Shown: piece after piece, positions 12,237-22,252 of the stretch | Numbering within the stretch: position 1 is the stretch's first letter | How the letters are laid out: each line of letters starts with the position of its first letter | Origin: an uncultured Clostridia bacterium | GTDB lineage: Bacteria; Bacillota; Clostridia; Christensenellales; UBA1242 | Direction of reading: 5' to 3' | Assembly: GCA_934747885.1 (NCBI GenBank) | Contig: CAKVHE010000001.1 | Coordinates: 5,424-69,423 of the forward strand | DNA: 64,000 bases | Program-made: the position numbers and the translations under genes | Notes under the pieces: generated by a model | Databases searched by the model: none | What the model saw: only the letters and a program-made list of their open reading frames with translations | What the model was told of the DNA's origin: nothing

Positions 12237-12782
12237 CTAAAATTTTGGTTTGTAATTTGTATGGTTCCAATTGCCATTTCTAAACACGTCATTTACGTTG
12301 TTAGATAGCGCCAAATTGGTTTGGCTATGCGTTAGCGCCACGGCAAGTGCGTCTGCGGCATCGTCAGGTTTTGGGGTGGATTTTAATCCCAAAATTGCCA
12401 CCGTCATATACTGTACTTGTTTTTTTTCTGCCCTTCCGTTGCCCGTTATAGCCTGCTTTATTTGAAGGGGCGTATATTCAAAAATTTCGCCACACTCTTG
12501 CACTGCCGTACACAAAATTACGCCACGCGCCTCTGCAACCGCAATACCAGTGGTGATATTTTGGTTAAAAAACAACTCTTCTATTGCCACTACATCGGGC
12601 TTAAATTTGGCAATTAGTGCCTTTATTCCGTCAGCAATTATGGCAAGACGGGTAGGAAAACCTTCCTCTTTGGGCGTTTCTATAACGCCATAATCAATTA
12701 CTCGGTTTTTGCCCTTTTGGTCTTTTTCAATAACGCCATAGCCGACGATTGCGTAGCCTGGGTCAATCCCCAAAATTATCAT
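12237..12782 (-). CDS. ruvC: crossover junction endodeoxyribonuclease RuvC
   Basis: Start taken at MIILGIDPGYAIVGYG (12782), which has AAGGAG upstream. RuvC catalytic D/E pattern. The longer ORF to 12887 runs through the promoter. Confidence 0.9.
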   Translation of the reverse strand: MIILGIDPGYAIVGYGVIEKDQKGKNRVIDYGVIETPKEEGFPTRLAIIADGIKALIAKFKPDVVAIEELFFNQNITTGIAVAEARGVILCTAVQECGEIFEYTPLQIKQAITGNGRAEKKQVQYMTVAILGLKSTPKPDDAADALAVALTHSQTNLALSNNVNDVFRNGNWNHTNYKPKF

Positions 12783-12803
12783 AAAAAAACTACTCCTTGC
12801 TTT

Positions 12804-12846
12804 ATTATAGCAAGGAGCAGAAGATAAGTCAATCGAACAAATGTGC
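12804..12846 (-). promoter_or_regulatory. ruvC promoter with adjacent LexA-like box
   Basis: Minus sense TTGACT-17 nt-TATAAT (12832-12804). GAACAAATGTGC at 12835-12846 lies 2 nt upstream of the -35 element. Confidence 0.55.
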
Positions 12847-12931
12847 AAAAAACATTTTTTGCTTTGTTTTTTAAAGGCTTGTGGCAAATTTAAAGGCTAA
12901 TTTTGCTCGCCAAAACTTGCAGGTAGGTGCT

Positions 12932-13483
12932 TTATGCAAAAGATTGATTGTCGCCACCATAGTCGTCCACAATGCGAATTTTTGGCTGACGCGCTTTTAC
13001 CTCATAAACCATTGTGGTAACTTCGGCGCCAAACTGCTCATCCGAATACACATCGGCAATTGTTCCGCCACCCTCACCCTTTTTAGGATATTCGGAAGGC
13101 TCGTCTTTTTTGTACATAGATTCGCCTTGTTTGTATTCCGGTTCACCAGAAATATTTTGCACGCTATACGCGCTAGCCGTAGTTTCTGATTCGACCGCTG
13201 GCTTTGAGCCCTCTTCGGTTTTTGGTGGTTCAACTGCTGCCACCGCCACTTTTTGAGCAACTGTTGCCGATGACGCAAGCCCCTTTTTTGCCAAGTAATT
13301 TTTTAGCGTGTTGCAAGCGCGTAAGTTTATTTCGGCATCGGTCACAGTAGAAACAATTTCTGCCGTACCGTTCAAAATTTTGTAAGTTAGTTCGCCATAT
13401 TCAGTATCGCCAATACTAACTAAAAAAACGCTCTCGCCGTCACGAGTTATTTTCTTTAATGTAATTTTGTTGGTATACTCCAT
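12932..13483 (-). CDS. hypothetical protein with a central E/P/K-rich disordered linker
   Basis: 183-aa ORF with its own extended -10 promoter. I recognised no family. Confidence 0.5.
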   Translation of the reverse strand: MEYTNKITLKKITRDGESVFLVSIGDTEYGELTYKILNGTAEIVSTVTDAEINLRACNTLKNYLAKKGLASSATVAQKVAVAAVEPPKTEEGSKPAVESETTASAYSVQNISGEPEYKQGESMYKKDEPSEYPKKGEGGGTIADVYSDEQFGAEVTTMVYEVKARQPKIRIVDDYGGDNQSFA

Positions 13484-13588
13484 AAAACAAGTTATGCATC
13501 CTTTTAATGTTTTGAGATATTATACCACATTTTATTTTTTTTAGCAAATCAAAATTGCCGCCCCAAAATAGGCGACAATTTTGCGATA

Positions 13589-15169
13589 TTATAATGAAAT
13601 TGTTAACGCTGGGCGAATGCCTCTACCGACATCGTACACATATCGGTCGTTTATATTTCCGTTAGGATTAACATGGGACGCAGCGTTATCCATACCGCCA
13701 GCTGAACGAAGCCAATAGTAACCACATAAAGTAGCTGCATTGATGTATGCGTTATTAACAATCGCAAAATCAGTTGGAACCGATTGGCGTCCTTTTTTGT
13801 TTAAATATAAATTTGTGCCGTAATAGGTATTACTTGCCTCGTAGTAACTTGCCAGCCACACATTATCCTCACAGGTAGATCCACCTGTAGTTACAGTATA
13901 GTCATCTTTGGTAGCATGCTCGCCTGTTCCAAAATATCTTGTAATGTTTTTAGTAATGTAGCCTTTATCACTGGCACTGAAAGCACTCGTGTAAAATGAA
14001 TTGTTGAGCCAGTCGCGGATGTTGCTCGCGCTCCATACATTACTACTTTTATCAAACATTACATTGGCAGTTAATATATTTTCACTAATTACCCTTAGGT
14101 TGGTGGTTGAACCAGTATAATCAGTTTTAGTTGCTGAATATGCCTCCAATAAGAACCATTTTATTGGTTCTACCTTAAACCAATAAGTATTGTAATTTGT
14201 AGCTGAAGTGCCAGTAGAAAATTTGTATTGTGCACTATTATCATCATTCACTACCGCACTCGCAACTTTAACATATTTTGCGCCATTGTAAGTATATTCC
14301 ACATGCGCAGTTTGAGCAGCGTCTTCGCTTGCACCTACAGTAAAGGTTCTACCGGTTTTGGCGCTATCACCTAATGCATTTAAGGCAGATACGGTTGTAG
14401 TGTCTGCTACCACTGTTTGTGGGTATTCACCCAGTTCTACATAATAAAAGTAGTTTCCATTTATTGGTTCTTCGGTTACTTTAATTTTAGATTCGGTAGT
14501 TGTATTTGTCGAGATACTAAAGTTTAATGTAAATTTCCAATCGGCGCTATCAATATTTACCGATTGAGTTAGATTAACGCGTGCTTCTGCTTTTATAAAC
14601 ACGCCTTCCCCACCATCCACCGTTACGCTGCCGCCATCCGTTAGAGAAGTTGTGCTATCAAAACTTGGAAGAGTGGAAACGGTAGATTTTGTGTAAGAAT
14701 AACTAACAATTATGTTTTTGTCCGTCACCGCTGGCGCTGTTAAGGTTACATTATTAGATGTCGAACCCTCTGGCAATACATAGTAAAAGTAATAAGTTAT
14801 TGCAACATAAGTTCTACCACCATTTACTATTTCTTTTATTTTATCGTTACTTACAAAGTTTATTTTTTCTTGTATGCTATCTAGGTTGGTTTGATTCACC
14901 CCAGAAGCACCGTTATACACGTTAAGCCAGCTAGTAGCGTTTGTGCTTTCACTCAAAACCTTGCTGGTGGTTCTGTCCGTGCCTGCAACATCACCCACGC
15001 GAGTGGCAAATAGTTGCCCTTCTACTGCATTAAATTCCAAATTAAGTTGGTTGGCAATTACAACTTGAAAATTGGTTAAACTTGCCATTACGCCAACTGC
15101 AATTAAAGATAAAGCACATACCATAGAAATTATGGTAGCAATTAACTTTGTTTTAGCGCTTTTGTTCAT
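13589..15169 (-). CDS. membrane-anchored or secreted surface protein, T/S/N-rich, with C-terminal WLRS...GIRPAL domain (DUF6273-like)
   Basis: N-terminal signal anchor (LIATIISMVCALSLIAVGVMA). C-terminus YWLRSAG...VNPNGNI...GRGIRPALTISL resembles the W-LRS/GVRPA domain of gut Firmicutes surface proteins (recalled, not searched). Confidence 0.6.
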   Translation of the reverse strand: MNKSAKTKLIATIISMVCALSLIAVGVMASLTNFQVVIANQLNLEFNAVEGQLFATRVGDVAGTDRTTSKVLSESTNATSWLNVYNGASGVNQTNLDSIQEKINFVSNDKIKEIVNGGRTYVAITYYFYYVLPEGSTSNNVTLTAPAVTDKNIIVSYSYTKSTVSTLPSFDSTTSLTDGGSVTVDGGEGVFIKAEARVNLTQSVNIDSADWKFTLNFSISTNTTTESKIKVTEEPINGNYFYYVELGEYPQTVVADTTTVSALNALGDSAKTGRTFTVGASEDAAQTAHVEYTYNGAKYVKVASAVVNDDNSAQYKFSTGTSATNYNTYWFKVEPIKWFLLEAYSATKTDYTGSTTNLRVISENILTANVMFDKSSNVWSASNIRDWLNNSFYTSAFSASDKGYITKNITRYFGTGEHATKDDYTVTTGGSTCEDNVWLASYYEASNTYYGTNLYLNKKGRQSVPTDFAIVNNAYINAATLCGYYWLRSAGGMDNAASHVNPNGNINDRYVYDVGRGIRPALTISL

Positions 15170-15208
15170 AATGTTCTCTCTTTTCGTTAGTATTAGCTTA
15201 TATATAGC

Positions 15209-15236
15209 ATTATATTACAATATGAAAAATTTTCAA
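15209..15236 (-). promoter_or_regulatory. promoter of the surface-protein gene
   Basis: Minus sense TTGAAA-16 nt-TATAAT. Confidence 0.5.
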
Positions 15237-15295
15237 AATGAATTTTAGGCGTTTTGAGATTTTTTTAAAATTTACTTCTTATAATTTATTTAAGC

Positions 15296-15330
15296 AAAAA
15301 GTTCCTAATCAAATTGATTAGGAACTTTAT
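15296..15330 (-). terminator. intrinsic terminator after rplS
   Basis: GTTCCTAATC-aaatt-GATTAGGAAC, flanked by an A-run and a T-run. Confidence 0.75.
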
Positions 15331-15352
15331 AAAAATAAAAATTATCTTAAAA

Positions 15353-15703
15353 CTACTTTGCAGATTTTTCTTTTACTTTTGCAGATTTACCACTTCTTTC
15401 ACGTAGATAGTATAATTTTGCTCGTCTTACATTACCTTTGCGGATAACATCAATGTGATCGATTTTTGGTGAATGTACTGGGAAAATTCTTTCAACGCCG
15501 ATACCATAAGAAATTTTTCTAACAGTAAAGGTTTCGCGAATTCCGCCATTTTTACGTGCTATTACCACACCTTCGAAGTTTTGAAGTCTTTCTTTGTTGC
15601 CTTCGACAACTTTAACCCAAACTTTAACTGTATCACCAATTTCAAATTTAGGAACGTCGGTGCGCATACTTTCTTTTTCGATTTGGTCAATAATGTTGCT
15701 CAT
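15353..15703 (-). CDS. rplS: 50S ribosomal protein L19
   Basis: 116 aa with F..GD.V.V...V.EG.KER.Q.FEG.VIA..N.G...TFTVRK...G.GVER.F..HSP. Confidence 0.97.
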   Translation of the reverse strand: MSNIIDQIEKESMRTDVPKFEIGDTVKVWVKVVEGNKERLQNFEGVVIARKNGGIRETFTVRKISYGIGVERIFPVHSPKIDHIDVIRKGNVRRAKLYYLRERSGKSAKVKEKSAK

Positions 15704-15782
15704 ATTACTTCCTCCTTAAAGTTTGTATGTTTGATGTGTTCGTGCTAGCATTTGGGCAGAGGACCACTCATTAACTTGAAAT

Positions 15783-15811
15783 ATATTAACACACAATGGC
15801 CTTTTAGTCAA
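15783..15811 (-). promoter_or_regulatory. rplS promoter; the ~75-nt leader may be an L19-type leader
   Basis: Minus sense TTGACT-17 nt-TAATAT, then a leader ending in AAGGAGG. Confidence 0.5.
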
Positions 15812-15855
15812 GTGGTTTTTGGCAATTTTTGTTGAGTTTTTGCCTCCCAATTGTC

Positions 15856-16257
15856 CTAAAAGGCGTTTTTGATATGCGAAACAACTTTGTCGTCCACCAC
15901 CTCAATTATGTCACAACGGTACCTTGCATCAGGCGCGCCAATTGCCGACAAATAAATTGGAATAACTTTGCCGTAGTTGTTTATTTTCTTTTTATCCACG
16001 AACTCTGCTGGCGCCCCGTAGGACAAATTTGTGCGAGATTTTACTTCTACAAACACCACGACTTTTGCTTCTTTGTCCGCTTTGGGCATCAACTTGTATT
16101 CTTCGGTGCGTTTGCGCGCCTTTTTTGTTTCGAGCGCGATTATGTCTACTTCGCCCGTTTTGGCACTAAAATTTTGCTCCAAAATTTGGTAGCCGTTTTT
16201 CTTTAAAAATTTTACTGCCAAAAGTTCGCCGTATGCGCCGTAGTTTTGTGCTTTCAC
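15856..16257 (-). CDS. yraN: YraN-family (UPF0102) endonuclease-like protein
   Basis: G...E..A..FL...GY.IL..N.....GE.DIIA ... FVEVK.R pattern. Confidence 0.85.
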   Translation of the reverse strand: MKAQNYGAYGELLAVKFLKKNGYQILEQNFSAKTGEVDIIALETKKARKRTEEYKLMPKADKEAKVVVFVEVKSRTNLSYGAPAEFVDKKKINNYGKVIPIYLSAIGAPDARYRCDIIEVVDDKVVSHIKNAF

Positions 16258-16259
16258 TA

Positions 16260-16877
16260 TTATTCCTCTTTTATAAACTTTTTTGTAAACGAACGGCGGT
16301 GAATTTCACATAGTCCGTGATCTTTTATTGCCCTTATGTGCTCAGCCGTGCCGTAGCCTTTATGCTTTTTGAAATTATATTCGGGGTACTTTGGGTCTAG
16401 TTTAGTCATAAGTCTATCCCTATAAACTTTTGCCACGATGCTAGCGCAAGCAATGGTGTACGATAGTGCATCACCATGAATTATTGACACTTGCCTTATG
16501 GGCAAATCTTCCAATTTTACGGCGTCTATTAGCACCACATTTGGGGTAACATTTAGCCCCAAAATGGCTTTTTTCATACATTGTTTGGTAGCGTTTAGGA
16601 TATTTATTCTATCTATTTCTTTTTCGCTTTCCTCTGCTATGCACACACTTTTTGCGTGAGATAAAATTTGATCATATAGTTCTTCACGTTTCTTTTCGGT
16701 TAGTTTTTTGCTATCGTCTACGCCATCAATTAAATTATCCAAGTCCATAATTACCGAAGCGCACACAACCGGCCCTGCAAGTGGGCCTCTGCCCACTTCG
16801 TCCACACCCGCAATTAGAGTGCTGCCTATTTTGAGTTCGGCGTTTTCGTACTGCATTAAGGTGTGAGGGTCTTTCAT
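16260..16877 (-). CDS. rnhB: ribonuclease HII
   Basis: GVDEVGRGPLAGPVV, DSKKL and the YP...F..HKGYGT motifs. Confidence 0.94.
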   Translation of the reverse strand: MKDPHTLMQYENAELKIGSTLIAGVDEVGRGPLAGPVVCASVIMDLDNLIDGVDDSKKLTEKKREELYDQILSHAKSVCIAEESEKEIDRINILNATKQCMKKAILGLNVTPNVVLIDAVKLEDLPIRQVSIIHGDALSYTIACASIVAKVYRDRLMTKLDPKYPEYNFKKHKGYGTAEHIRAIKDHGLCEIHRRSFTKKFIKEE

Positions 16878-17752
16878 TTTACATATTCTTCCTTTGGCGT
16901 TTCTAGCGAAATTTTACCAATTTTGCCTTTTCTAAAATCATCTATTATGGCTTTGGCAGTGCGAATTTCGTCTATTTTTTCACCCTTTAAAATGTACCCG
17001 CGTGACAAAGCAATTTGGTTAAATAGTATATCCACGGTGCTAGCAGTTAAGTCTATTTCGTAGCGCCCAGCAAGTTTTTGTGGGCACAAATTAAATAATC
17101 TAAAAAGCAGACATTTGGATAGTTCTAGTTCGTCCACCGCGTTGTCCGACACCGAACCAATAAACGCCAAATTTTCGGCAACTTTGTTTATGGCAAGTTT
17201 TGGATACAAGGTACCCGCGTTGTCCATAAGTTCAACACTTCCGCCAATTTTTATCCAACTTAACGAGCGCGTTACTCCCGCCAAATTGCCCGTTTTTGCC
17301 ATATATGAACCCGCCAAACTATTTATTATAGTAGACTTGCCAGTGTTTGGCACGCCAACGACTGCAACGCGGTTTATTAGCGTTATACCCCGCGCTTTTT
17401 GTTTGGCAACACGCTCACGCAGCCCATCGTTTATACAACTAATTATGGCTTTTTTGCTGCTTTTGCCCGTTGCTGAAACCGAAACCACCATTTTGCCCGC
17501 TGCCTCAAAGTACTTTATCCATTCTTTGGTTACAGCCTCGTCGGCAAGGTCGGTTTTGTTAATTATGTACGCGAGTTTTTTGCCGTTTAGGCGCTTTTCA
17601 AGTTCCAAATTGATGCACGAATAAGGCGCTCTTGCATCTAACACGCAAAGCACCAAATCTATCTTTTTTAGGTTTTCTTCTAGTTCCCTAAGGGCTTTTG
17701 CCATATGCCCCGGAAACCAGTTTATTGTCATATTTGGATATTGTTTTTCCAT
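16874..17752 (-). CDS. rbgA: ribosome biogenesis GTPase A (YlqF/RbgA)
   Basis: INWFPGHMAKA start and circularly permuted GTPase motifs (NK.DL, then GVPNTGKST). Confidence 0.93.
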   Translation of the reverse strand: MEKQYPNMTINWFPGHMAKALRELEENLKKIDLVLCVLDARAPYSCINLELEKRLNGKKLAYIINKTDLADEAVTKEWIKYFEAAGKMVVSVSATGKSSKKAIISCINDGLRERVAKQKARGITLINRVAVVGVPNTGKSTIINSLAGSYMAKTGNLAGVTRSLSWIKIGGSVELMDNAGTLYPKLAINKVAENLAFIGSVSDNAVDELELSKCLLFRLFNLCPQKLAGRYEIDLTASTVDILFNQIALSRGYILKGEKIDEIRTAKAIIDDFRKGKIGKISLETPKEEYVK

Positions 17753-17762
17753 TTGCTTTTCC

Positions 17763-18434
17763 TTATTTGTTTAGTAAATCGGGACGAACACGCGCGGTTT
17801 TTTCAAGTGCGCGCGCTTTGCGCCATTCGGCTATTTTTTTGTGGTCACCACTCGTTAAAACCTCGGGCACTGCAACGCCCATAAACTCACGTGGTTTGGT
17901 ATATTGTGGATATTCTAGCATTCCGCTTGAAAAACTCTCTTCCGTCAAACTCTCGTTGTTGCCAAGCACCCCACCAATATATCTACTCACGCTGTCCACA
18001 AGCGCCATGGCAGGAATTTCTCCGCCTGTTAGCACATAGTCGCCAATAGAAATCTCTTCTAGGTTAAATAGGTCTATTATGCGCTGGTCTATGCCCTCGT
18101 AGTGTCCGCAAACAATTATCAAATGCTTTTCGGTTGCAAGGTTTGTTACCATTTGTTGGTTTAACCTTTCGCCCGATGGGCTCATAAAAATTTTGCGCGC
18201 CGATTTGTATCCGCGAATACTTTTAAGTGCGCTTGCAAGTGGTTGAGGGGTCATTACCATTCCCGCGCCACCGCCAAACGGGGTGTCGTCACATTTTTTG
18301 TGCTTATCTTCGCTAAAATCTCGTATGTTTATTATTTTTATATCGAGTTTGCCCGAACTTGTGGCGCGCCCAATTATGCTAGCGCGCAAAGCCTCAAACA
18401 TCTCTGGAAACAAAGTTAAAATTTCAATCTTCAT
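17763..18434 (-). CDS. trmD: tRNA (guanine37-N1)-methyltransferase
   Basis: Start taken at MKIEILTLFPEMF (18434). Motifs DD.P.GGG.GMV and CG.YEG.D.R. Confidence 0.95.
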   Translation of the reverse strand: MKIEILTLFPEMFEALRASIIGRATSSGKLDIKIINIRDFSEDKHKKCDDTPFGGGAGMVMTPQPLASALKSIRGYKSARKIFMSPSGERLNQQMVTNLATEKHLIIVCGHYEGIDQRIIDLFNLEEISIGDYVLTGGEIPAMALVDSVSRYIGGVLGNNESLTEESFSSGMLEYPQYTKPREFMGVAVPEVLTSGDHKKIAEWRKARALEKTARVRPDLLNK

Positions 18435-18918
18435 ACACTGCCACCTGCTTAAAAAGTGCAGCATTTAGCACAATTTCTTCGCCTACGCTTTCAATTATTC
18501 CGTCCACGCCCGCAAACAAAATTTCTTTGCCGTTTGCGTCTTCTACATAAAAAACATCTTTTGCGCCAAAATTTTGAATATCGGTTAAAATGCCCACCGC
18601 GCTGCCAGATACTACCACCGTTTTGCCAATTATATCATCGGCAAAAACCTCATTATCTTTTTTGCGTTTGCCCGCTATTTCGCGGGCAAGTTCTAGGCTC
18701 TTTCCCCTAAGAATGTTTGCTCTGGCAATATCCACTCCATCTAAAGTTAAGTACAAATAGCCCTGTCTGTTTATGGCTTCTCTCACCGTGTACTCTTGAT
18801 TTAAAATAATTACTTTGTCGCCACTGAGTAATTTTGTTGGGTGAAAAAGTGAAACTTTTAGTTCACCTTTTATGCCTTGTGGGCGAAGAATTTTGCCAAT
18901 AATTAAGTTGTCTGTCAT
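18424..18918 (-). CDS. rimM: 16S rRNA processing protein RimM
   Basis: IGKI....G.KGE.KV N-terminal barrel and C-terminal PRC barrel. rimM-trmD order. Confidence 0.9.
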   Translation of the reverse strand: MTDNLIIGKILRPQGIKGELKVSLFHPTKLLSGDKVIILNQEYTVREAINRQGYLYLTLDGVDIARANILRGKSLELAREIAGKRKKDNEVFADDIIGKTVVVSGSAVGILTDIQNFGAKDVFYVEDANGKEILFAGVDGIIESVGEEIVLNAALFKQVAVYED

Positions 18919-18971
18919 AAAACCTCACAAAAGAAAATAGAGATTGAATTGCTTCAACCCCCTATCTTCCG

Positions 18972-19202
18972 TTATTCGCCAAATTTGATAGTAACATTTT
19001 TGTTTTTTGTGCGAGCAACCGAACGAGCAAGTGTGCGAATTGAGTTTGCAACTTTTCCGCCCTTGCCAATTACTTTGCCCAAATCGTCCGAGTTAACGGT
19101 AATGTTTAGCAAAATATTGTTTCCATCTAGGCGCTCTGCTATTTTTACATCGTCCGGATGATTTACCAGACTTTTTACCAAAAACCCAACTAGGTTTTTC
19201 AT
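18972..19202 (-). CDS. KH-domain RNA-binding protein (YlqC-like)
   Basis: 76 aa, LV..P..V.......N......V...D.GKVIGK.G..A..IR. Located between rpsP and rimM. Confidence 0.88.
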   Translation of the reverse strand: MKNLVGFLVKSLVNHPDDVKIAERLDGNNILLNITVNSDDLGKVIGKGGKVANSIRTLARSVARTKNKNVTIKFGE

Positions 19203-19223
19203 AAGCCTATCTCCCTGTTACAA

Positions 19224-19574
19224 TTATTCTGCTTTTTTTGCTTTTGCTGCTGTCTTTTTTGCTGGTTTTTTTGCTTCGGTTTTAACTTCTTCTACTTTTG
19301 CTTCTTTTTTAGCTTTTGCTTTTTTTGCAGGAAGTTCTACGCCGTTTTTAACCAAAAGTGCTTTAACAGTTTCAGTTGGTTGTGCACCGTTTTTGATCCA
19401 AGTTAGAGCTTTTTCAGCATCAATCTTAACTGTTTCTGGGTTGGTGATTGGGTTAAAGTAACCAATTTGATCAATATATTGACCATCTCTAGAAGTTCTA
19501 GAATCTGATACAACGATACGATAGAAAGGTGCTTTTTTGTCTCCCATACGAGTTAATCTCATTTTTACTGCCAT
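19224..19574 (-). CDS. rpsP: 30S ribosomal protein S16 with a K/A/E-rich C-terminal extension
   Basis: [26 protein letters not shown] core, then [33 protein letters not shown]. Confidence 0.96.
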   Translation of the reverse strand: MAVKMRLTRMGDKKAPFYRIVVSDSRTSRDGQYIDQIGYFNPITNPETVKIDAEKALTWIKNGAQPTETVKALLVKNGVELPAKKAKAKKEAKVEEVKTEAKKPAKKTAAKAKKAE

Positions 19575-19623
19575 TTTTTTATCTCCTTTTTCTTTTTTTT
19601 ATTAAACATAGTTAATAAACTAA

Positions 19624-20955
19624 TTAAAATCTAAGACCTTTTTGACCAAACATTTTTGCAAGCTTGCCGTTGTTGGCGTTTTTCATAAGTTGTTTGGTTT
19701 GCTCATATTGCTTTAATAGTGCGTTTACTTCTTGAATGCTGGTTGCACTACCTTTTGCAATACGCTGACGATTGCTTGATTTTATAAGGTCGGGATTGTC
19801 ACGCTCTTTTTGCGTCATTGATTGAATGATTGCTTTGTAGCGGACAAGTTTGTGTTCATCTATGGTTTGGTTACCAATATAGCCAGATAGCCCCGGAACC
19901 ATTCGGGCAAGTTCGTTAATGTTGCCCATTTTGGAAATTTGTTCAAACTGAACCAAAAAGTCGCTTAAGGTGAAAGAATTTTTGCGGAGTTTTGCCTCCA
20001 TCTCTTTCATTTCCTTTTCGCCTACCGACTGCTCTACCTTTTCAATTAAGGTAAGCACATCACCCATACCCAATATACGCGAAGCCATTCGGTCTGGGTG
20101 GAACGGTTCGAGGTCGCCCACTTTTTCGCCTGTTGCACAAAATTTGATTGGTTTGCCGGTGACTGCTTTTATGGAAAGCGCTGCACCGCCACGAGTATCA
20201 CCATCTAGTTTGGTAAGTACTACGCCGGAAATATCCAATTTTTCGTTGAAGGCTTTGGCAACTTCCGCCGATTGCTGACCCGTCATTGCGTCGACGGTTA
20301 ATAAAATTTCGGTTGGTTGAATGCGAGATTTTATTTCGGCAAGCTCATTCATAAGTGTTTCATCAATTTGAAGTCTGCCCGCGGTATCCACAATAACAGT
20401 GTCTAACCCGCGTTTTTTTGCTTCCGCAATTGCTTTTTCGGCAATATCGGCCGGATTTATGGTGCCGTGTTCGTAAAAATCTACGCCCGCACTGCCTGCA
20501 ACAACTTTTAGTTGGTTTATGGCTGCCGGACGATAAATATCACACGCAACCAGCATTACCTTTTTGCCCTGAGATTTTAGGTAGTAACCAAGTTTGCCAC
20601 AAAGCGAGGTTTTGCCCGCGCCTTGCAAACCACACATCATAATTATGGTTGGTGGGTTTGGCGCAACGGTTAGTTTGGCGGTTTGTCCGCCCATAAGTTC
20701 AGTAAGTTCATCCCTAACAATTTTGATAACTTGTTGTGTTGGGGTTAAACTTTCCAGCACTTTTTGACCGATTGCCTTTTCGGTTACCGATTTTACAAAA
20801 TCTTTGGCAACACCATAACTAACGTCTGCTTCTAAAAGCACTACCCTAATTTCACGCATTGCATTGCTGATTTCAAGTTCGGTTAGTTTGCCACGCTTGG
20901 TTAGCTTTGAAAAAATATGATTTAGTTTTTCGCTTAGTGATGAAAAAACTGCCAT
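19624..20955 (-). CDS. ffh: signal recognition particle protein Ffh
   Basis: N and G domains (GLQGAGKTS, DTAGR, TKLDGD.RGG) and a Met-rich M domain. Confidence 0.97.
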   Translation of the reverse strand: MAVFSSLSEKLNHIFSKLTKRGKLTELEISNAMREIRVVLLEADVSYGVAKDFVKSVTEKAIGQKVLESLTPTQQVIKIVRDELTELMGGQTAKLTVAPNPPTIIMMCGLQGAGKTSLCGKLGYYLKSQGKKVMLVACDIYRPAAINQLKVVAGSAGVDFYEHGTINPADIAEKAIAEAKKRGLDTVIVDTAGRLQIDETLMNELAEIKSRIQPTEILLTVDAMTGQQSAEVAKAFNEKLDISGVVLTKLDGDTRGGAALSIKAVTGKPIKFCATGEKVGDLEPFHPDRMASRILGMGDVLTLIEKVEQSVGEKEMKEMEAKLRKNSFTLSDFLVQFEQISKMGNINELARMVPGLSGYIGNQTIDEHKLVRYKAIIQSMTQKERDNPDLIKSSNRQRIAKGSATSIQEVNALLKQYEQTKQLMKNANNGKLAKMFGQKGLRF

Positions 20956-20961
20956 TTTTAC

Positions 20962-21291
20962 CTACAACTTTTTTAATAAATTTTTTGCAATATCCTTTGA
21001 CTTTTGATCACTGGAATTGTTTGCAATTTGTTCTAGTCCCTGTGACAATTGTTGTTTTAGGCTAAATAACTGCAACTTACTTTCAAATGATTTGAGTTTT
21101 TTGGTGGAACTCTGCACACAATCGTAAACGGCTTGACGCGACATATTGCGCGTTTCGGCAATTTCGCTAAGTGCAATATCACCGAGATAATAGCTTTGCA
21201 TTATTTCTGCCTTGGTGGGCGTTAATAGGCCGCTATACAAATCAAGCAAGGCAACAATATATAGTTTGTTTTCTAGTTCCATACCCGTCAC
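20962..21291 (-). CDS. ylxM: YlxM (UPF0122) putative HTH protein
   Basis: 109 aa, sigma-70 region-4-like HTH (YY..D.SL.EIAE....SRQAV.D). Located upstream of ffh. Confidence 0.85.
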   Translation of the reverse strand: MTGMELENKLYIVALLDLYSGLLTPTKAEIMQSYYLGDIALSEIAETRNMSRQAVYDCVQSSTKKLKSFESKLQLFSLKQQLSQGLEQIANNSSDQKSKDIAKNLLKKL

Positions 21292-21352
21292 CTTTTGTAA
21301 AGTAAAATTACATTACAAATGTTAACACACCTTTTAAATTTTGTCAAGGGGT

Positions 21353-22249
21353 TTATAAAATACTATCCACAAAATCTTTGGCGTTAAATTCCAAAAGGTC
21401 GTCCGCGGTTTCGCCCACGCCAACATAACGCACTGGAATTCCGTAGTTGTCCACCAGTCCAACAATAAAGCCGGCTTTGCTGGTACCATCTAGTTTGGTA
21501 ACTGCCAAATCGGTTACACCAACCGCCTCGTCAAAACTTTCGAGTTGGCTGGTTGCGTTTTGCCCCGTGGTGCCATCTAACACCAAAAGTTTGTGGTACT
21601 CTGCTTCTGGATATTCACGCGAGATAATGCGGGACATCTTTTTTAGTTCTTCCATTAAGTTGGTTTTGTTGTGTAGTCTGCCCGCGGTATCTACAATTAG
21701 CACATCTGCGCCCTTAGATTTTACCGATTTTATGGCGTCAAACACTACCGCACCTGCATCAGTGCCTTCGGTGCTACGCACAATTTTGCAACCGGCGCGG
21801 TCTGCCCACACCGAAAGTTGGTCGCTTGCAGCCGCACGGAAGGTATCCGCTGCCGCTATTGTTACCGATTTTTTTTGTGCGGTGTATTTGGTGGCAAGTT
21901 TGCCAATGGTGGTAGTTTTGCCCACCCCATTTACACCAACCACCATAATAACTAGCGGATAAGTGGCTTTGGGTGCGTCGGGCGTCTCTAAAATTTCGAC
22001 TAGTATTTCTTTTAAAATTGCCTTGGCGTCTTCTACCTTTTTTGTCTTTTGCTTTTTGGCACGTTCGCGCATTTCTTCCGTCACTTCGGTTGCGGTTTCA
22101 TGCGAGAAGTCTGCCGATATTAGCACATATTCTAGTTCTTCAAAAAATTCTTCGTCTAGTTCGTTCTTGCTAAACAAATATCCCATATTTTTGGCAATGG
22201 CATCTTTGGTTTTTGCAAGACCTTTAAATAGTTTGCTAAATATTCCCAT
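21353..22249 (-). CDS. ftsY: signal recognition particle receptor FtsY
   Basis: NG domain with GVNGVGKTTTIGKLA, DTAGRL and TKLDGT.K.G. Confidence 0.96.
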   Translation of the reverse strand: MGIFSKLFKGLAKTKDAIAKNMGYLFSKNELDEEFFEELEYVLISADFSHETATEVTEEMRERAKKQKTKKVEDAKAILKEILVEILETPDAPKATYPLVIMVVGVNGVGKTTTIGKLATKYTAQKKSVTIAAADTFRAAASDQLSVWADRAGCKIVRSTEGTDAGAVVFDAIKSVKSKGADVLIVDTAGRLHNKTNLMEELKKMSRIISREYPEAEYHKLLVLDGTTGQNATSQLESFDEAVGVTDLAVTKLDGTSKAGFIVGLVDNYGIPVRYVGVGETADDLLEFNAKDFVDSIL

Positions 22250-22252
22250 TTG

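Noticed and set aside
12791-12815. Hairpin CTCCTTGC-tataataa-GCAAGGAG spanning the ruvC -10 and SD
   Set aside because: The 5' arm lies upstream of the likely transcription start, so the hairpin would not exist in the mRNA. It is probably coincidental complementarity between the spacer and the SD.
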